From the NCBI RefSeq assembly GCF_018977255.1, contig NW_024704743.1:35032001-35096000 (forward strand): a stretch of 64,000 nt of DNA. The letters run 5' to 3'. The first letter of the stretch is position 1. The number at the start of each line of letters is the position of its first letter. Shown here in pieces: positions 59,401 to 64,000 of this stretch. The DNA comes from Callorhinchus milii (taxonomy: Eukaryota). The position numbers and the translations under genes are program-made. The notes beneath the pieces were generated by a model. The model was not told the origin of the DNA and did not search any database. It was given only the letters and a program-made list of their open reading frames with translations.

Positions 59401-62400
59401 CTAAATTGGCCACTCTGCTACCCCATAGGAGACAACACATGATATTGAGCTATTTGGGGGCTAGTTTTGGTGAACTTTGGGCTACAAATGTTTTTTTAGT
59501 TTCCGGCCACCCTGGCTACAACAGGCACTTCAGCCAGAGCAGCTCTACAGGCACCAGGTCCCTTATATTTGCTTTTTCATTAATAGCTCTGGTTGCTGTT
59601 AAGAGGATTGATCGTGTTTTATGAGCAAAAATGCAGCCACTTTGGGCACAGCAATGTCCCACAGCCTTGGGAGTGAGCAACCAAATAATGTCGTAGGATC
59701 TTTGATGTCCACCGGAACAGGCAAGTGGGACCTCGGATTAACATCTCAGTGTCACCTTAGACGATGTGATTCTAAGTCCTGATGTGGGGCTTGAACCCAC
59801 AACCTTCTGACTCACTGATGAGAGTGCTACCAGACTAACCCCCAACATGCTTTTGAAACATTGCTGTCACAAAGTGGCTGCCACTTTCAACTACAAATGC
59901 AGTTACTACACAGTAAAAATTCTGTGAAATGCTTTGAGATATTCAGACAATCTGATGAGACGCTATTTAAAAATGTGAGAATTATCATTCTTAAAATGTA
60001 CAATTCAATGTAGGTTTCAATCAGAGGATGGGGGTGCGGGGAGGGGCTGTTGTTATGCTTTATCAATTAAATATTGTACTGCAAACATTTCTGTATGTTT
60101 TATGTTAAGTTCTTATATGTTTTAAATGGAATTTCCGTTTCTCAGCAGGTTTTATTTGTGCATTTATTGAAAATGTATCATAATGCGGCTAGATATAGTA
60201 TCTAGTTCAGACTGATTTTCAGTTCTTGTATCTCTGGTTGGAAAAGTAAATTCATGCATTAATAAACACAAAAGAGTGGACAGGACATGGGGACAAAAGG
60301 TTGAGTTATGCTTCTACCAGATTCTTGCACTTCATTTTCTTTGTGCACTGTGTTGATAGACTTCTTGTGAAGTTTTTAAAATGAATCCATTTAATCATGG
60401 AGAGACTACTCAATGCCAATCACGTCCGCAAGTACAATCAATATTGTAGAACTGTAGAAGTGGTTACGTAACCTTTTTTCAAAACATATTTGTGCAGTCT
60501 TCATGTTCTTTGTAGGACCTTGCTAATGCTAATGCTTGCCATTTTGCCTTCCAAAACAGTCATTCACTTGACAGAAGTAGCTTGGAAGCACTTTGATGTG
60601 GGACGTCCTCCCGACGTGAAAAGCGCTATATCAAATGCAAGGATTATTAATATTATTATTATAAGATCCTTCTTTCTCTACTCTGATGCTGAAAGATAAT
60701 CTGGTATGAAATGGTGAGTTAGTTTAGGATGTGTACATGCAGTTTTGAATTTCACAATAGCTTTAAGGATAATCTTATCTGTTAAGATTTGCATAAACCA
60801 GTCACCAGCAAGCAGAGGGTGGTGATCATTTATTCTTGCCTGGATTAGTGATCAACAAGAGGAGTTTCACAAACTTCCATTCGTAACAGAAAGTGGCTCA
60901 AAAGTGGACACGTTAAGACACAACAACAACAAAATTACATTTATAGAGCGCCTTTCACGTCGGGAGGATGTCCCAAGGGGCTGAAAGATACCAGGAAAGA
61001 ATACCAGCACTATCCTAGGGTAGCAAGATGATGTTAATATGTACAAAATAAGAAAATAACTTTTGGGAACCTATTAAGGAAAAAGCAGTTGTGCCAGCTT
61101 CAGTCAGTTGGTAGCACTCTTGCCTCTTTGAGTCAAAAGGTTGTAGGTTAACGCTGGAATGCACTACATTGTTGGAGGTGCTGTCCTTCAGATGAATCGT
61201 TAAATTGAGATTCTCTCTTCCGGTTCAGGCAGCTATTAAAGATGCCGTAGAACTATCCAAGGGAGTCTCCCTCAGCGTCCTGGGCAACAATCCCTCAGAT
61301 AAAATTTGTTACTCCCATCATGGCTGTTTATAGGACACAGCTGTGTGCAATTGTTGATGAAATGCTCGGAAAAAATGCAAATTCAAGTATTATAAAATCA
61401 TTAACATCTACCTGAACAGGCATAAAGCCCCCATCCCCTCCCCCCAACCCTTCTTGGTAAGCAAGAGAAGATCTGTAAAGTAATCCACCCTGTGACAAGA
61501 TGTCATCAGGTTTCAGATGAAGTTATAAAGTGCATAGACTTTACTTTTGTAGTTTATACTTCACCTGAGCTATACAAAGAGATGTTACTGTCTTATGTTA
61601 ACACATTCATTGTCTATTATATTCAGTATTCAGTATCTTTTGGACTGGGTCCTCCTCACACAAAATCAACTGTGGCTTGCCATTAGTTTAAATCAACTCT
61701 CCATATTTTCTCTGTAATGGTCATGAAGGGACTGGAAAACGTTTTGATTTGATTACCTCAGGAATTTGATTTGCGCTTTTTCTATTGAAGCTTTCCCCCT
61801 GGTGGAGTATTGTCAGTTATAAGGTGGATTATCTGGTTAGAATTGATGATTTATAATCCAAAAATATAAAAATGCAAATTGTTGTTGATTTACATAATCT
61901 TTTCTTATGTTCTTAAAACAAAACAGTTCATTGCCTTGATTAAGAGTCTAAACAAATATCCTGTCTTCATAGGAGAATGTAAAGCTTTCCAGATTCATGT
62001 TTTCCTCAGGTGGACTGAATATAATACACATTTACTTTTATTATGTGCCTTTCACGTTGAGAGGACGTCCCAAAGTGCTTAAATGGACAGTTTTTCCTTA
62101 AAGCAGAGAAGTAAATTCTGCCTTGCTTTCAACTTCTTTCCTTCTCATGCCTTGAATTATTATTATTCAAATTCTGAGGGGAAAGCACAAATCATCTTCA
62201 TCACACCCAGGTAACTCTGGTTCCTGGCTGGACAGCTCGTCTTTTTCAAATACAGGACTTACTTTCCCAAAAACGTTCTTCCCAAACACTGAGCAATAGT
62301 GTAGAGCTGGATATATCTTCTATTCTTTGGTGAATCAATACCAAGAGAGGTTTTAGATTGAGGGTTATTACCTGAAGAAAAAAGGTGGAGTTTAGAGCCG

Positions 62401-64000
62401 TTAGCTGGAGTGGGGATCTAGTGTGAGAAAGGGTACAGTGAGCTCATGATGCTTCCTTCTGTTTTGTAAATTTAATGGGATTTTTTTCTATAATTCAATG
62501 TCTTGATGGTATTGTTGTTGGGAATTCTTAGAGAGTCATTAGCAGACCACAGAGTATTCTGTTCCTGATATGTGAACAAACATCTTTGTTAGCCTCTTTA
62601 TCACCTTTGTGACTCTGGGTTCAAACGTACTTGTTCTTGGTCTATCATCTAGCACCAGTCATCTACCTTCCTTAAAGGCCAGGAAGAATCAGCAGCTTTA
62701 CATCTATTCATTATAATAAGACATAGTGCCTTATCATATCGTCAAGCAGTCTCAAAGCTCTTCTGAGGATATACTGTGTATTTTGTGGTGTAAGGCGGCA
62801 GCCAGTTGCGTACAACTGTGTCCCACAAACAGCCATGGAGTGAGTGACCAATTTTATTTTGGGGAATCAGGAGAAACTCCCTTCTCTTTTCAAATAGTGC
62901 TATGGGATCTTTAACGTCCACCAGAACAGGTAGACAGTACCAGATAAAGGGCCCATCTGCCTGTTTAATGCTACCAACTGAAGCAGGCTGTCAACCAAGA
63001 ATACATCTTCTGTCAGAATTATGATGGCTACAGACATTAAAAAAGTTTCTCCTTTAGTTATTTTCATTGCATTGTCATGCCCATCAGTCTTGCAGATAAA
63101 TTTAGCATTCATTCTATGAACTGTTTGTGGACTTTAAATCCCACAAACTGTAGGCAGTTTGCTTACAAGTATCTAGTCACTACAGCTGGCATAGGAAAAT
63201 TGGCACAGGAGATCATTCAGCTAATTAAGCTTTCACAATCAGATGGAAACTTGGTTTAATGACTCATTTGAAGTCTGACAATGATGCGACTCCCCAGGAC
63301 TGCATTGGAGTGTCATTTATAATCATGCGTTTGACCCCACAACTCTCTGATGCAGAAGCGAGGGTGCTCAACTGAGCCAAACTGATAATTACCCGTAGGC
63401 ATTTGGTTTTATACATTTTACTAAAATCTTTGATGTTATTCAAAACAAGCGATTATTGTTATTAGATGTCATAAGAAATGTCCCTGCCACTGTGCCAAAG
63501 TCATCAATCAGCTCTGTGTGCGTGTGTCTGTGTGCGTGAGCATTTTGTTGCTGTGACATTGGGTTAAGGTTCCATCGGTCCATCCCTATTACTTCAAATA
63601 ACCTGTCACATAATGATTAACTACAGCTGATATGCAATGACAACAGCCCCTTTACTATTTCGCTGACGGGTTCCAACAACAAACCTATCAGGTGATTTAA
63701 AGATTTAATTTATGGTTAAGTGCAAGCAACGGAGGGCATGTGATGGCTCCAGTCCATTTCCCCACAAACAAAATCTGGTCACTCCATGACTGTTTGTGGG
63801 ACACCCCTGCGTGCAATTGGCTGCCACATTTTGCCCACAAAATATAGTCATTCCACTTTACAGTATATTCTGAGACGTCTTCTAACAATTTTGCAGAATT
63901 TTTAGAATCCACCTGAACTGGCAAATTCATGTCATCCGATTAATGTCTCAGCCAAAGAATGACAACTCCAGCAATGCAGTAGCCCCATGCACTACACTGG

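Noticed and set aside
59400..64000. Possible PPP1R3G or LYRM4 exons expected from synteny
   Set aside because: No recognisable coding sequence found; the region consists of SINE/LINE fragments and AT-rich DNA.

Overview
Vertebrate nuclear DNA, repeat-rich and AT-rich. The repeat inventory (L2 LINEs, tRNA-derived SINEs with L2-type tails, Deu-domain SINEs, CR1 3' ends) points to a cartilaginous fish, most likely a holocephalan; this is an inference. Two convergent genes are present. (1) The last five coding exons of CDYL on the + strand (21966-40855, crotonase-like domain) with a ~1.5 kb 3' UTR; the chromodomain exon lies upstream of the window. (2) A complete 8-exon RPP40 on the - strand (58180-46011; 1092 nt, 363 aa). 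All listed junctions are GT-AG and phase-consistent. The most unusual elements are: a Penelope-like hammerhead ribozyme motif (~491-528); a ~290 bp fold-back element with two inverted hammerhead-like copies and a 10-bp target duplication (30087-30409); three GC-box/G4 minisatellites, two of which bracket RPP40 exon 1 and one of which repeats a GTGAGT donor-like motif about 40 times; an orphan CpG-rich promoter-like island inside a CDYL intron; and an R4/Dong-type retrotransposon relic not shown by the ORF track. No prokaryotic-type system (CRISPR etc.) is present. Most ORF-track entries are repeat-derived or random.
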